A stretch of 63,985 nucleotides of DNA, filler included, from Reclinomonas americana ATCC 50394 (lineage: Eukaryota), in NCBI GenBank assembly GCA_048213135.1. It is 7 parts of 4 records of this genome, joined end to end, with 100 filler letters (N's around TTAATTAATTAA, not from the genome) between each part and the next. Parts side by side here need not be neighbours in the genome. Positions count along the whole stretch, not along the records: positions 1 to 16,245 come from PS015437.1; positions 16,346 to 23,443 come from PS015439.1; positions 23,544 to 29,587 come from PS015439.1; 4 more parts are not named here. One strand, 5' to 3'. Position 1 is the stretch's first letter, and every line of letters starts with the position of its first letter. Below the pieces are notes generated by a model. It made no database searches. It was not told the origin of the DNA and saw only the letters and a program-made list of their open reading frames with translations. Shown here one piece after another: positions 11,504 to 25,300 of the stretch. The translations under genes and the position numbers were made by a program.

Positions 11504-12791
11504 TCACTGGGACTTCTTGCTGTCCTCCTTGCGCTTGAGACGACGGTTGCGCACGCCCTGCATGACGCTGAGCGACCTCTGCAGCAGCGTCTTGGTCGGC
11601 AGCAGGCTGGAGATGTACTCGATAATGTTATGGCGCCACGCTGGCGACACGCTCACGTCGCGACCGACACGAGCGAGGGTCTCGCGCACAAAGCGATGCG
11701 CCGACACGGTGAAGCCACGCTCGCTGCGGAAGCCGCTCATGCTCGAGGCCACAAAGTACGGCTTGGAGCACATGATCGTCACGCCATCGCGACGGTACCT
11801 GCAGGCTAGAGGTCAGACAAACGACGACGAACAACAAACGACGTGCTCGAATGCTATGCAACTCCTCGCTCATGGCAGTCGACCAGTTATCGATGAACGA
11901 CTTGGTGGCACCGTAGACGGCCATCAGCGGCACCGGGAAGGTGCCAGAGAAGGAGCCGAGGTTGACAATCAGGCCCTGTCATGCACACAAAAACATCAGC
12001 ATCACATTTCTCCGATCGCACTTTGTGTGTGCGTGCGTGTTGTCTCCGCACCAAGCGATTCTCAATCATCTTCGGCAGCACCAGCGACGTCATGCGCAGC
12101 ATCGAGTTGATGTTGACGCGCACGACCGACTCGGACACCTCAATCGCCTGCTCCACATAGCGCTCGGGCGTCTCGGTTGAGTTGATGCCGACATTGTTGA
12201 CGAGAATGGTCACTTGCTTGCCACGCAGTGCGGCCTCAATGGGCGGGTACACGCGATCGTCGGGCTGCGCAAAGTCCACCGCCACCGTCTCCACCTTGAT
12301 CGACGGCGCCTGCTTGCTCAACTCCGCGGCCAGGGCGTCCAACTTGGACGCCGTGCGGCTCACCAGCAGCAGGTTGATGCCGCGGCTGGCCAGCACCTCT
12401 GCAAAGCCTTTGCCAATGCCATCGCTGGCACCCGTGATCACTGCGCGTGTGCATGCGCGCAAGTGTGGGTTCGGAGTTTACACGTGTGCAAGTGATGTGC
12501 ATGTGCACGAACCGGCCCACTTTCCGGCGCCCACGTACTTCTTCAGGCTGACTGGCGGGCGGACAAAGCTGTTGAACAGCCACACTGCAGGCGGAGGAGC
12601 AGGCAGCAGAGAGGCAGAGAGGTAGACGGGCGGGGAGAGGTGTGAGACATTTTCGCTGACCACTCTCACGCGCTCGATCTGTCACACGCACCCAGCAGCT
12701 TGGCGGCGAACACGAAGACGGTGAAGAGACCGACAAAGAGCACAAGGCGACCGACCGTCGAGCCCTCAATGAAGCCAAGCGCCGCGAGCAT
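11504..12791 (-). CDS. Very-long-chain 3-oxoacyl-CoA reductase (SDR; KCR/HSD17B12/Ifa38 family)
   Basis: N-terminal TM, KWAVITGASDGIGKGFA, ILVNNVG, catalytic YGATK, KPYFVASSMS. Four in-frame GT-AG introns. Confidence 0.9.
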
Positions 12792-12924
12792 GGTGAGATT
12801 AGATGAAACGAAAGTGACGCTTCGTCGATCCACCCGCCTGTGGATTTCCAACTACTTCTGCTATTTCAGCACCGCCGCGCGCGTTAACCACTGCTTCTTT
12901 GCTTTAATCACTAAACCAGCAACC

Positions 12925-14011
12925 ATGGTGAGCAGGCGCGCGCCTGACGATTGCGCATAAGAGAGTGTGTGTGTGTCAGAGTGATGGCCCCGCATGTTTC
13001 TGTCCTCTTTTCCTCTGCACACGCACGCACGCTCTGCTCAACCGCCGCTGACTGTGTTGCGTTGCAGGGTATGTCCGGAGTTGAGGCCAACCAGGAGTGC
13101 GTGTCGCAGTTCGCTCGTGTGCGCGCACGAGAGCTCGCCTACGTCATTTTCACTGTGCACATGGAGAACAACCAGGTGAGAGAAGAGAGCGAGAGGAGAG
13201 ACAGTGTGAGCATGTGTGTGGGGGAGGGAGAGAGAGTGAGCGGTGGAGAGAGAGAGAGGCGTGTGTGTCAACAGACATGCTCGGAGAAAAGCACACGCAC
13301 TCTTTTCTCGTTTTTTTGCACGTCGGGGGTCGCGTGTGTTGCGTTGCGTCTCTCGCTGGCCTCTGTGCGCGTTCTCTGACGACTTGTTCACGTCTTGGTG
13401 TGTGAGTTTTTTGGCGTGTGATGTCGCGTCTGGCGGGCCCTCCTCGGTTATTTGTGTGTGCGTGTCTGCCTTTGTGTGTGTGTGTGTTAGCATCAGACAG
13501 TAGTGTCCGCCTTTTTTGTCTTGTCGACGAATGATGAGGGTGTTGGATTTTGTTTGTATGTGAAGCAAGGACATGGCCTCAATATACTCACTCGCTTCTC
13601 CTCTGCAGCCCAAGGACATCCGCCCGGTTGCCGAGGGTGTGCAGGGCGAGTCGCCCGAGGCCACCTGGGACGAGTTCGTCGCCCAGCTGCCGCGCAATGA
13701 GGGCCGCTTTGGCGTGTTTGACCTGCGCAAGCAGACGGCCGATGGTCGTCAGGTGGAGAAGGTCATCTTCGTCACATGGTGAGTCCGGCTCTTCATTCAC
13801 TCGCACTGTTGTCCGCCCCGTATCGCTCATGTTGTCGTCTCGACTGTATAGGGCGCCGTCAGAGGCGTCGGTGCGCAACCGCATGATTGTCGCCTCGTCG
13901 CAGGATGCACTGAAGGCCAAGTTCGACGCTGCTGGCATGCCGCACGTGCAGGCCAACGACGCCGACGAGTTGGTGTACTCGACGGTGGTCGCCAAGGTCA
14001 TCCGCGAGTAA
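12925..14011 (+). CDS. Actin-depolymerizing factor / cofilin
   Basis: ATG-only first exon, then GMSGVEANQEC...YVIF, WDEFVAQLPRNEGRFGVFD, KVIFVTW|APSEASVRNRMIVASSQDALK, VQANDADEL. TAA at 14009-14011. Confidence 0.9.
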
Positions 14012-14219
14012 GCGGCTGACTGAGGCCAGCTGTCTTTTTCTCCTGTGTGTGTGTGTGTGTCTTTGTGTGTGGCTGTGAATCATGTGGTGTGTGAGGGGAG
14101 TCAGGATCAGTGTTGCGCGCGGTAAATCCTCGTCAACCCTTGCAACTTCTGTGTGTGTGTGCGTGGATGAGAGAACTGTGGGGATGCTTCACTGTGCTGC
14201 TGTCGCCGTGCCTGTCCCC

Positions 14220-16058
14220 CTATCCGTCGACGGGCAGCGAGCCGTCGAACCACCACGTCTTGACGAGGCGATCGTCGCTGCATGAGGCGAGTTCGGAGCG
14301 CTTCGAGTGGAACACGGCTGAATACACGATGCCGGTGTGACCCGACAGGCGTTGCAGCGGGGTCTGTCCGCCGGAGCGCAGATCCCACACGTACACATGC
14401 CCGTCCTCGCTGCCGCCAAACACCAAGTCGGCGGGACCAAAGGTGGCGCGCACAAAGTTCTTTGACGTGTTCTGGTGTCCCTTCAGTCGCCGCACTGGTC
14501 GTGACTGCCAAAGCGCGCGAGTGTGCGTGGGTGAGCGCTCAACTGTCAGCAATGGCAAGAGAGTGTGTGATGGCGCAACTGTACGAATATCCCACACGCG
14601 ATTCGAGTTGTCCTTGCTGGAGGAGAGCACCGTGTTGCCGAGCGAATTCATGTCGACCGATGTCACCTCGCCCAAGTGAGCCGTGTACGAGTGGATGCAC
14701 ATGGCGCTGGTGATGTCCCAGAAGCGAATGGTGGAGTCCTTGGAGCCAGAGATGATGAGGTTGCCGTGCGGGTTGAAAATGACCTTGCACACCGAGCCCG
14801 TGTGCCCGATGAGATGCTTCACCAACTCGCCCGTCTGAATGTCAAACAGCTTGACGGTCTTGTCGTAGCCGCCAGTCGCAAAATGTCTCTGAGAAGGGAA
14901 GAAGGATGTGAGGAGAGATCAACGAGTAACACAGTTGTTTCGGCGCACACACACACACCTCCGAAGGATGCACGCGAACACAATACACGTCGGTCTCATG
15001 ACACGCATGCGTCACCACCGAGCTCAGCTTTGGTGACGACGAGTCCGTGTCCGCGAGTGACCACACCTGCACCGCAACATTGTCGGAAATCACCTCTCGA
15101 ACAGCCCACCAAGTGCGCCTCTCACCTTGACGTGCCCGTCGGCACTTGCACTGGCCAACAGCGACCCGGTGCGTGGGGCCACAGACAGGTCCCACACGCG
15201 CGACTCGTGCCCCTCGAGCACAAGGCGACAGTCGCCGCTGGCCGTGTCCCACAGGCGCACCGTGTTGTCGCTGGAGCCCGACGCCAGCAGATTGCCGTGC
15301 TCGCCCACAAACTCCACACACTTGACATTGGCGCGATGGCCGACCATCGAGTGCCGCACGCTGTTGGGAATCACCGGGCACGAGTAGTCCTCCAACAAGC
15401 TGACAGAACGAGAACATGAGCAAGTGAGGACAGAGAGAGGGAGAGTGAGGGATGAACGGCGAACCTCGATACTTGCGGAATGGTCTTCGGGTGGTACTTG
15501 GACGAGGAGACCTGGTAAGCCACGGCCTGTTTCAGCAATTGCACCAGTCGTGCGGGAGGCACTTGCTTGGACGACGCTGCACGCCCATTGCATCCTCACA
15601 GTCAGTCTGAGTGGAGATCATCGCCTCGCGACACACTCGTTCACGCACCGACAGTGAGATCCTCGCTCTCATAATCGAGCATCGACTCGAACTGCTCGAC
15701 GAGCGCCTCACGCGACGATCCCAACACGCCATCCCACTGCCGCCGGAACACTGGTGAATCAGCCACGCTCTTGCACGTGAGCAAGTAGCACAGCTCCTTG
15801 AACTCGTTGGGGTACTGCTCGGCCGTCTCCAGTGGCTTCAGCTTGCGATTGAGAATGCCCAGCGCCTTCAGATGCTCGCCCGACTCCACCAGCTCCAAGA
15901 ACTGCTGCTTGTAGATGCAGTAGAGGAAGCTCTTTTCGTTGTGGAAGCGTGCCTGTTACGTCAACGACGAGCTGTCAGCAGCAGCGAGCGAAGCGGAGAA
16001 GCGCACTACGAGCACAGCACCTTGTTGATGTTGCGCTCCACCTCTGCCCAGTCACCCT
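14220..16058 (-). CDS. CTLH + WD40-repeat protein (WDR47/WDR26/SMU1-like architecture), 5' end missing at the gap
   Basis: GDWAEVE...FLYCIYKQQFLELVE...ELCYLL, PARLVQLLKQAVAYQ, then about 7 GH...WD repeats (for example GHRANVKCVEF...SDNTVRLWD and GHTGSVCKV...DSTIRFWD). Confidence 0.8.
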
Positions 16059-16289
16059 CTGTGACGCGTGGAAAGCAGAGGAGGTCAGCTCAGAGAGGGC
16101 CACTCTTGCACAGCGCTCTGCCTTTCTCGAGGATGAATGCTGCGCTTTCAGTCTGATCTCCTCTTCCTTCTTCGTCTTGTTGTTGATCCTTCTTCCTCTC
16201 TACTCCTCTTCTTCGCCTTCTCCTTCTTCTTCTTCTTCTTCTTCTNNNNNNNNNNNNNNNNNNNNNNNNNNNNNNNNNNNNNNNNNNNN

Positions 16290-16301
16290 TTAATTAATTA
16301 A
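16290..16301. other. Artificial scaffolding linker TTAATTAATTAA (also at 23488, 29632, 39374, 50061, 59573)
   Basis: Identical palindromic 12-mer of overlapping TAA stops, centred in a 100-nt N spacer, six times. Confidence 0.95.
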
Positions 16302-16345
16302 NNNNNNNNNNNNNNNNNNNNNNNNNNNNNNNNNNNNNNNNNNNN

Positions 16346-19300
16346 GTGCCAATGGCGGCTCCCAGGGCCAACGGGGGGACATACGTGCTGGTGGACAGCA
16401 CTGGCGCAGTCGGTATCACATTGCCTGTGGACAAAGAAGCACAAATGAGAACCCTGCAAGCCACGAAACATTGAATGCAGTTCACGCAACTCTCGTTGAT
16501 GATGAATGTAGATGAGCGCGAGCCACCGGCTCCGTCCGACACAGTGAGCTCCACTTCAAGACCATTGCCGCTGAGTCCGTTGACATTGGAGAGCAAGCTA
16601 CTACCAACAACGTAAAAGTCGGACAGATGTGTGCCACCGGTGACTGTGTAAACAAGTGTCTGCGCAGAATTCGCATCAGTGGCAGCCAGTGTGCCGATTG
16701 TGCCGCCCAAGGCCAGTGGTGGCGCATACAGAGAGGTCGAGAGTGTTGGTGCACTCGGGGGCACATTGCCTGCAATCAAGGGACAAGCATTCTGCGAGAG
16801 TGACATCGCGTCTTGGCACAGACTTCAATCACGCAACTCTCGCTGATCGAGAACGTCGTACTGTTGATACCTCCGGCGCCATCGCTGACTTGCACCGTCA
16901 CCTGCAGACTGTTTCCTGTCAAGCCGGCAACATTCGACAGCAGACTTGTGCCGCTGATGCTGAACGACGCCTGATTGCTCCCGCCGGTGATGGAATACGA
17001 GAGCGTCTGTCCCGTATTCGGATCGGACGACGAGAGGGTGCCAATGACACCGTTGAGTGCCAGAGGCGGCGCGTACGTCGAGGGTGACAGGGATGGAGCA
17101 GATGGTGGCACATTAACTGTGTACAGCAGCACCTCATTAGTACCAGCGTTAATGCATTCTGGAAGCACGAAACCGTACCTTCAGTAATGGTAAATGTGCT
17201 GCTGGAGGTGCCACCTGCACCATCACTGACGGTCACAACCACTTGCAAATTGATTCCACTCAGTCCCGCCACATTGGAGCGCAGGTCGGAGGCGACAATG
17301 ACAAACGAGCTTGCGTTGACGCCTCCGGTAATGGTGAACGTCAACGCTTGACCCGTATTGGGGTCTGTGGAGGACAGGGCGCCGATGACGCCGTTGAACG
17401 GAAGCGGCGGTGTGAATGAGAGCGCAGACAGCCCCGGCGCAGTGGGATTCACGTTGGCTGTGCGGTCGTGACAGACAATCAAATCAGCAAACAAAAATGG
17501 GACGTGCAGTCAGAGAGCAGGGTGCATCAGACCTTCGCCAATGACGAATGTGCTGACGTTGGTGCCACCGGCGCCATCCGACACAGTGACCTCCACCGAC
17601 AGATTGTTGCCGGTGAGTCCGGCAACACTGCTTCGGAGGCTGGAACCACTGATGTTGAACAGTGCCTGATGCGCACCACCAGTGATCGTAAACGTCAACG
17701 ACTGCCCGCTGTTGACGTCGGTGGATGACAGGATGCCAATGACTCCATTCGCGGTCAGTGGGGGAATGTACGACGAGGACGAGAGGATGGGTGCGGTGGG
17801 TGGCACGTTGACTGTGTGCGGGAGAAGCATGAGCAACAGCATGCACGACTTGTGCAAGCAAGACACGAGAGCGGCAGCGTGCCACCAACCTTCGCTGATC
17901 AGGAATCTGGCATTTGTCAGTCCGCCGAATCCATCGCTGACTTCGACAATAACCTCCAAATTGTTGCCGGCGAGACCAGCCACATTGGATCGCAAGTCTG
18001 AGCCACTGATGTTGAAGAGCGCCGAGTCGGCTCCTCCCAGAATGCTGAATGTCAGCGTCTGGCCGACGTTCGGGTCCGTGGCCGACAACGTGCCAATGAC
18101 GCCGTTGAGCGCCAGAGGTGGAACGTAAAGCACAGTCGACAACGTGGGCACAGACGGCGGTAAGTTCGCTGTGTTTCACGGAACAAAGTCAGGCAGGCGC
18201 AACAACCAGGAGATACAAAGAGTGAGTGGAATGCAACGCAACAGCTGCCGATTGTAAATGTTGCGGTGTTTGTGCCACCAGCACCGTCGCTAACTTGCAC
18301 AATGACCACCAAGTTGGAGCCGGAGAGGCCGGCAACGTCGGAGCGAAGATTGGACCCGATGATGTTAAACGAGGCTTGATCCGCACCACCCACAATGCTG
18401 AACGTCAAAACCTGCCCAGTGTTTGCGTCTGTCGAGGACAAGACGCCGATAACGTCATTGAAGGCCAGCGGTGGGTTGTACGCAGTCGACGAAATCGTCG
18501 GAGCAGACGGAGGCACATTGGCTGCGCACCACAGACACTAAGTCAGCCACGCGACTGCCATTTAAATGAAAACCTATGCAAACCTTCGCTGATGGTGAAC
18601 GTAGATGTGTTGGTGCCACCGGCTCCATCGCTCACTTGCACAATCACCTGCAGCGCGTTGCCACTCAAACCGGCCACATTGGATCGCAAGTCGGTGCCGC
18701 TGATGTTGAACGATGCCTGACTGGCGCCACCAACAATCGTGTACGTCAGCGTCTGCCCAGTGTTGGGATCAGTGGACGACAGGGTGCCGACAACGCCATC
18801 CATGGCCAGTGGGGGACTGTACGTCGAGGTGGACAGAGTCGGTGGCGTTGGCACAACATTGGCTGTCACAAAGGCAACAGAGTGTGCGAATGAGCGGGTG
18901 CAAAAAAGGAAGAAGCAAACGAACAAGCCACCACACTGACCTTCGCTGATGGTGAATGTGGACGTGTTGGTGCCACCTGCTCCATCGCTCACTTGCACAA
19001 TCACTTGCAGGCTGTTGCCGGTGAGACCAGCAACATTCGATCGCAAGCTGCTGCCGCTGATGTTGAACGATCCCATGCTGGTGCCGCCCGTGATGGTGTA
19101 CGTCAGCGTCTGGCCCGTGTTGGCGTCTGTCGAGGCGAGAGTGCCAATGACGCCATTTGTGGCGAGTGGCGGGATGTAAGTGCTGCTTGACAGTGTGGGC
19201 GCCGTCGGATTCACATTAGCTACGCAAGAGACAAGAACGATGGGTTAACGAGAAACTAGAAGGACGAGCGCAGTGCGCGTCGCTCCAACCTTCGTTGATG

Positions 19301-22300
19301 AGGAATGTCGCTGTGTTGGTGCCGCCTGCTCCATCGTCCACTTGCACAAGCACTTGGAGGTTGTTGCCCGTCAGCCCACCCACACTGGAGCGCAAATCCG
19401 TTCCACTGATGTTGAAGGATGACTGATGAGTGCCGCCAACAATCGAGTATGTCAACGTCTGGCCAGTGTTCGGGTCCGACGAAACGAGAGTGCCGATGAC
19501 GCCGTTGGCCGCCAATGGTGGCGCGTACACACTGGATGACAACGTTGGAATTGACGGCACCACATTGGCTGATTGGGAGATACAGTGAGTACGTCAGCCA
19601 CACAATGATTGACGCCTTCAGAGAGAGACACACCTTCGTCGATGACAAATGTTGCAGTTGTCACACCACCAGCACCGTCGCTGACTTGCACAATCACTTG
19701 CAGCGCGTTGCCCGTCAGGCCAGCGACATTCGACCGCAGACTCGAGCCGCTGATGTTGAACGACGCTTGATCCGCACCGCCCACAACAGTGTACGACAGC
19801 ACCTGACCAGTATTCACATCGGTCGACGACAGCATACCCACGACGCCATTCAGCGCCAAGGGCGGAATGTATGTGGACGTAGACAAGGTCGGTGCCGTGG
19901 GATTCACGTTCGCTGCACGAAACGGGAGTCAGCAAATAGCGCTGGCAGTCGTATCTACAGATACACACTTACCCTCGCTGATACTAAATGTTGTGCTATT
20001 CACTCCTCCGGCTCCGTCACTCACTTGCACAATCACTTGCAGGCTGTTACCCGAGAGAGCAGCAACGTGCGATTCCAAGATATTCCCATTGATCGAAAAC
20101 AGCGCTTGGTCGGCACCACCAATGATGGAAAACGTCAGCGTCTGGCCAGTGTTGGGGTCACTCGACGACAAGGTGCCAACATCGTCACCCATAGCAAGTG
20201 GCGGAATGTATGTCGTTGATGACAGAGTCGGTGCAGTTGGCGTGACATTGACTGCATGCGATGCAACAGAGTGAGGGCGAGAGTGGGGCCCAGCAGACTG
20301 CTTGCATAACATAGGATGCAAACCTTCGCTGATGGTGAACGTGGATGTGTTGATGCCACCGGCTCCATCGCTCACTTGCACAATCACTTGCAGTCCGTTG
20401 CCACTCAAACCAGCCACATTGGATCGCAAGTCGGTGCCGCTGATGTTGAAAGATGCCTGATTGGTACCACCAACAATCGTGTACGTCAGTGTCTGGCCAG
20501 TGTTGGGATCAGTGGACGACAGTGTGCCGACAACGCCATTCATGGCGAGTGGTGGAGCGTACGTCGAGGTGGATAGAGTCGGCGGCGTCGGCACAACATT
20601 GGCTGTAATGAAGATAATAGAGTGTGCGACTGAGCGGGTGCAAAAGGGAAGAAGCGAAAGAACAAGCCGCCACACGGACCTTCGCTGATCGTGAATGTGG
20701 AACTCGCCGTGCCACCTGCTCCATCGCTCACCTGCACAATCACTTGCAGGCTGTTACCGGTGAGTCCTGCCACATTCGATCGCAAGCTGCTGCCGCTAAT
20801 GTTGAACGATCCCATACTGGTGCCGCCCGTGATGGTGTACGTCAGCGTCTGACCCGTGTTGGCGTCCGTCGAGGCGAGAGTGCCAATGACGCCATTTGTG
20901 GCGAGTGGTGGGGTGTAAGTGCTGCTTGACAGAGTGGGTGCCGTCGGATACACATTGGCTACGCAAGAGACAAGAGCGATGGGTCAGTGAGGACAAGAGA
21001 GACGAGCGCAGTGCGAGCCAGTCCAACCTTCGTTGACGAGGAATGTCGCAGTGTTGGTGCCGCCGGCTCCATCGTCGACTGTGACGATCACTTGGAGGTT
21101 GTTGCCCGTGAGATTCGACACTGCTGTCACGAGGCTGTTCCCACCGCTGATTGAAAACAGTGACTGGTCGGTGCCGCCAGAGACATAGTAAGTCAGCGAC
21201 TGCCCCGAGTTTGGGTCTGTCGACGACAGCATGCCAATGACGCCGCCAAGTGCCAGTGGCGGCGCATATGTCGACGACGACAGCGTTGGTGCGGTTGGTG
21301 TCACGTTGACTGCAGCCACGGTGGTGAACAACAACGCGGATAAACAAATAAGGAACAGGATCGACTGACGCAACGCTCATCAATGTCGAATACGAAAGAG
21401 TTCGTGCCACCAGAGCTGGCCGTGACAGTGATCTCAACCTGCAAGTTGTTTCCGACAAGGCCCGCGACGTTGGAACGCAGGTCCGTGCCACTAATGTTGA
21501 AGGATGCTTGGTTGGCGCCACCAGTGATCGAGAATGTGAGCGTGTCACCAGCCACGGCAGGTGTTGCGGAGAGAGTGCCAATCACGCCATTCAGAGCAAG
21601 TGGCGGCGTGTACAGCGTTGTCGACAAGACCGGGACCGTCGGACTCATGTTGGCTGTGAGAGGAGAGTCAGCGCACCAAGGGCGATCTCTTCAAAAATCA
21701 TCTGCATCACGCAAACCTTCCGAAATGTTGAACGTGGACGAGCGAGTTCCTCCAGCTCCGTCGCTGACAGTGACAATCACTTGCAGTCCGTTACCGGTGA
21801 GGCCAGACACACTGGAGCGCAGATCCGTGCCGTTGATGTTGAATGATGCCGAATTGGTACCGCCGGTGATGGAGAAGGTCAGTGTCTGACCGGTGTTGAC
21901 ATCGGTCGACGCCAGAGTGCCGATTACTCCGTTCAGCGCGAGCGGCGCCACGTACAAGTTCGTGGAGAGTGTCGGCGCAGTGGGTACCACGTTGGCTGTG
22001 CTCATAGACATATGTGATGAAGTGGATTAACAGTGAATAAATGCATCGCCTTACCTTCAGATATGTTAAACGTTGTCGTGTTCACACCACCGGCACCGTC
22101 GCTCACTTGCACAATCACTTGCAGGCTGTTGCCAGTGAGGCCTGCCACATTGGATCGCAGGTTGGTGCCGCTGATGCTGAATGAGGCAGAGTTGGTGCCA
22201 CCAACAATGGAAAACACAAGTGTCTGGCCCGTGTTCGGGTCTGTCGACGACAATGTGCCAATCACACCATTCAAAGCGAGAGGCGGGGTGTACGTGGTAG

Positions 22301-25300
22301 ATGACAGAGCCGGAGCAGTGGGGACCACATTGGCTGTGCAGAGCGGCGTCAGGGACTGAGACAGAGAAACACAGTGCGAAGCACAGGATAGCACGCTCAC
22401 CTTCGCTGATGGTGAATGTCGTGCTCGCCGTGCCGCCTGCTCCATCACTCACTTGCACAATCACTTGAAGGTTGTTACCCGTCAACCCAGCCACATTCGA
22501 TCGCAAACTCGTGCCACTGATGTTGAAAGAAGCTGAGTTGGTGCCGCCCGTGATCGTGTAAGTCAGCGTCTGGCCAGTGTTGGGGTCCGTAGACGACAGC
22601 GTTCCAATTGTTCCGTTGAGAACGCGTGGCGGAGTGTAGGTCGAGGAGGACAGCGTCGGAGCACTCGGCGCAACATTAGCTGCAAAATGGTGAGGACGAA
22701 ACCAATACTCGCTGCGTAAAAAAGGCTCAAGGAGCAGAGCGTACACGCACCTTCGTTGATGGTGAAGGTCGAGCTCGCGGTCAGAGTTCCATCGCTCACT
22801 TGCACAATCACTTGCAGACTATTGCCAGTGAGGCCAGCAACGCTGGATCGCAAACTCGTGCCACTGATGTTGAATGACGCTTGATTCGTGCCGCCCGTGA
22901 TTGTGTACGTCAGAGTCTGACCCGTGTTGGGATCCGTCGATGACAGGGTGCCGATCACTCCGTTCGAGGCAAGAGGAGGAGTGTATGTCGACGATGAGAG
23001 CGTCGGTGCAGTCGGTGCAACATTGACTGTATAGTGAGGCGACAAGTAAGGAAAGTGCTAAAAACGACAGCGTAGGGAGAATACTACACACCTTCGCTGA
23101 TGGTGAATGTTGCCGAGCGGTTTCCCACTCCATCGCTCACGCGCACAATCACTTGCAGATTATTGCCTGTCAGGCCGGCCACATTGGATCGCAGACTCGT
23201 GCCACTGATGTTGAACGACGCCGAATTGGTGCCACCGGTGATTGTATACGTCAGCGTCTGGCCAGTGTTCGGATCGGTCGACGCCAGAGTGCCGATCACT
23301 CCATTCGAGGCAAGTGGCGGTGTATACGTTGATGGAGACAATGTCGGCACAGTCGGCAGAACATTGGCTGCAGCAGCAACGAGAATGAGTAAGGCGACAG
23401 GCTAGCCTCGAAAAATTGCAGAAAACAGACCCTCGTTGATCGTNNNNNNNNNNNNNNNNNNNNNNNNNNNNNNNNNNNNNNNNNNNNTTAATTAATTAAN
23501 NNNNNNNNNNNNNNNNNNNNNNNNNNNNNNNNNNNNNNNNNNNCGTATACGTCAGTGTCTGGCCGGTGTTGGCATCTGTGGACGCAAGCGTGCCGATCAC
23601 TCCGTTGGAGGCAAGTGGTGGCGTGTAAGTCGATGACGACAGGGTGGGTGCAGTTGGTGCGACATTGGCTGTGACATCAACACAGAATGATTCAGCCACG
23701 CATGCGTGCATGTCAGCTCTCCCAAAAAGTACTCACCCTCGTTGATGGTGAATGTCGTACTTGCCGTTCCGCCCGCTCCATCGCTCACTTGCACAATCAC
23801 TTGTAGATTGTTGCCTGTGAGGCCAGCCACATTCGATCGCAAACTGGTGCCGCTGATGTTGAATGATCCCATGCTTGTCCCGCCCGTAATCGTGTACGTC
23901 AGCGTCTGACCGGTGTTGGGATCCGTCGACGCAAGCGTGCCGATCACTCCGTTGGAGGCAAGAGGAGGAGTGTATGTTGACGAGGACAGCGTTGGTGCGG
24001 TTGGAATCACATTTGCTAATGCCACCAACCATGTGAGTCGCATAACAATAGGATCAAGCTGGCCAGGCAGAATGGCACACCTTCGCTGATTGTAAATGTT
24101 GTGGTCGCCGTCAGGGATCCATCACTCACTTGCACTATTACTTGCAGGTTGTTGCCCGTCAGCCCAGCTACATTCGACCGCACGCTACTGCCACTGATGT
24201 TGAACGATGCCTGATTCGTGCCACCCGTGATCGTGTAGGTCAGTGTCTGACCCGTATTGGGGTCCGTCGACGCCAGAGTGCCGATCACTCCATTCGAGGC
24301 AAGCGGTGGCACATACGTATTACTCGACAAGGTGGGCGCGGTCGGCGCAACATTGACTACATCATAAGCTCCGTGAGGCGTAGAAGTGACTGGTTTCGAC
24401 GACACGCACAACAGCAAACCTTCGCTTATGGTGAACGTGGTGTTTGCTGTGCCACCAGCCCCGTCGCTCACTTGCACAATGACCTGAAGGTTGTTGCCCG
24501 TGAGGCCAGCAATATTGGATCGCAAGCTGGTGCCGCCGATGGTGAATTTGGTCTGATTCGTGCCACCGGTGATGGTGTATGTCAGTGTTTGACCCGTATT
24601 GGGGTCTGTCGATGCCAGCGTGCCGATCACTCCATTCAAGGCCAGTGGCGGAGTGTACGTCGATGATGACAGCGTTGGTGCAGTCGGCGCAACGTTGACT
24701 TAAGACAATGCAGGATTAATCACGACGCATGCTACTCTGTCGCAGAAACTTCGTGAAACACAACGCACCTTCGCTGATGGTGAACGTTGAGCTTGCTGTG
24801 CCTCCCGCTCCATCGCTCACTTGCACAATTACTTGCAGATTGTTGCCAGTGAGACCGGCCACATTCGATCGCAGACTCGTACCACTGATGTTAAAGGATC
24901 CCATATTCGTGCCACCGGTGATGGTGTACGTCAGCGTCTGACCCGTGTTGACATCGGTTGACGCCAGAGTGCCAATGACGCCATTGGAGGCGAGTGGAGA
25001 AGTGTACGTGCTGCTCGACAGCGTCGGTGCAGTCGGCGCGACATTTGCTGCAACAAGAGCGAAGGAATAGGTTCAGCGAGCAGCAGGACCGAGTGCTGGA
25101 AGTGTGCACCGACCTTCGCTGATGGTGAACGTGGTGCTTGCCGTCCCACCTGCTCCGTCGCTCACTTGCACAATCACTTGCAAGCTATTGCCAGTTAGGC
25201 CAGCCACACTCGATCGCAAGCTCGTGCCACTGATGTTGAAGGAGGCCGAGTTGGTGCCACCGGTGATGGTGTACGTCAGGGTCTGACCCGTGTTGGGGTC

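Noticed and set aside
13531..13608. ATGATGA box C-like motif in the long cofilin intron (possible snoRNA)
   Set aside because: There is no downstream CTGA box D or terminal stem within the intron.
16246..16345. Palindromic TTAATTAATTAA recurring six times, suggesting a transposon target site or recombination site
   Set aside because: It is always centred in an identical 100-nt N spacer, so it is an assembly linker and not biology.
14220..16424. Fusion of the cadherin-like array to the same-strand WD40 gene
   Set aside because: The two are separated by an artificial linker. The WD40 protein looks intracellular and simply lacks its 5' exons.
21310..21373. Signal-peptide-like frame (L)RQSILFLICLSALLFTTVAA in front of a cadherin-like repeat, suggesting independent small genes
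   Set aside because: It starts with TTG inside a normal 65-nt GT-AG intron. T-rich introns translate as hydrophobic by chance, and the other repeats show no consistent leader.
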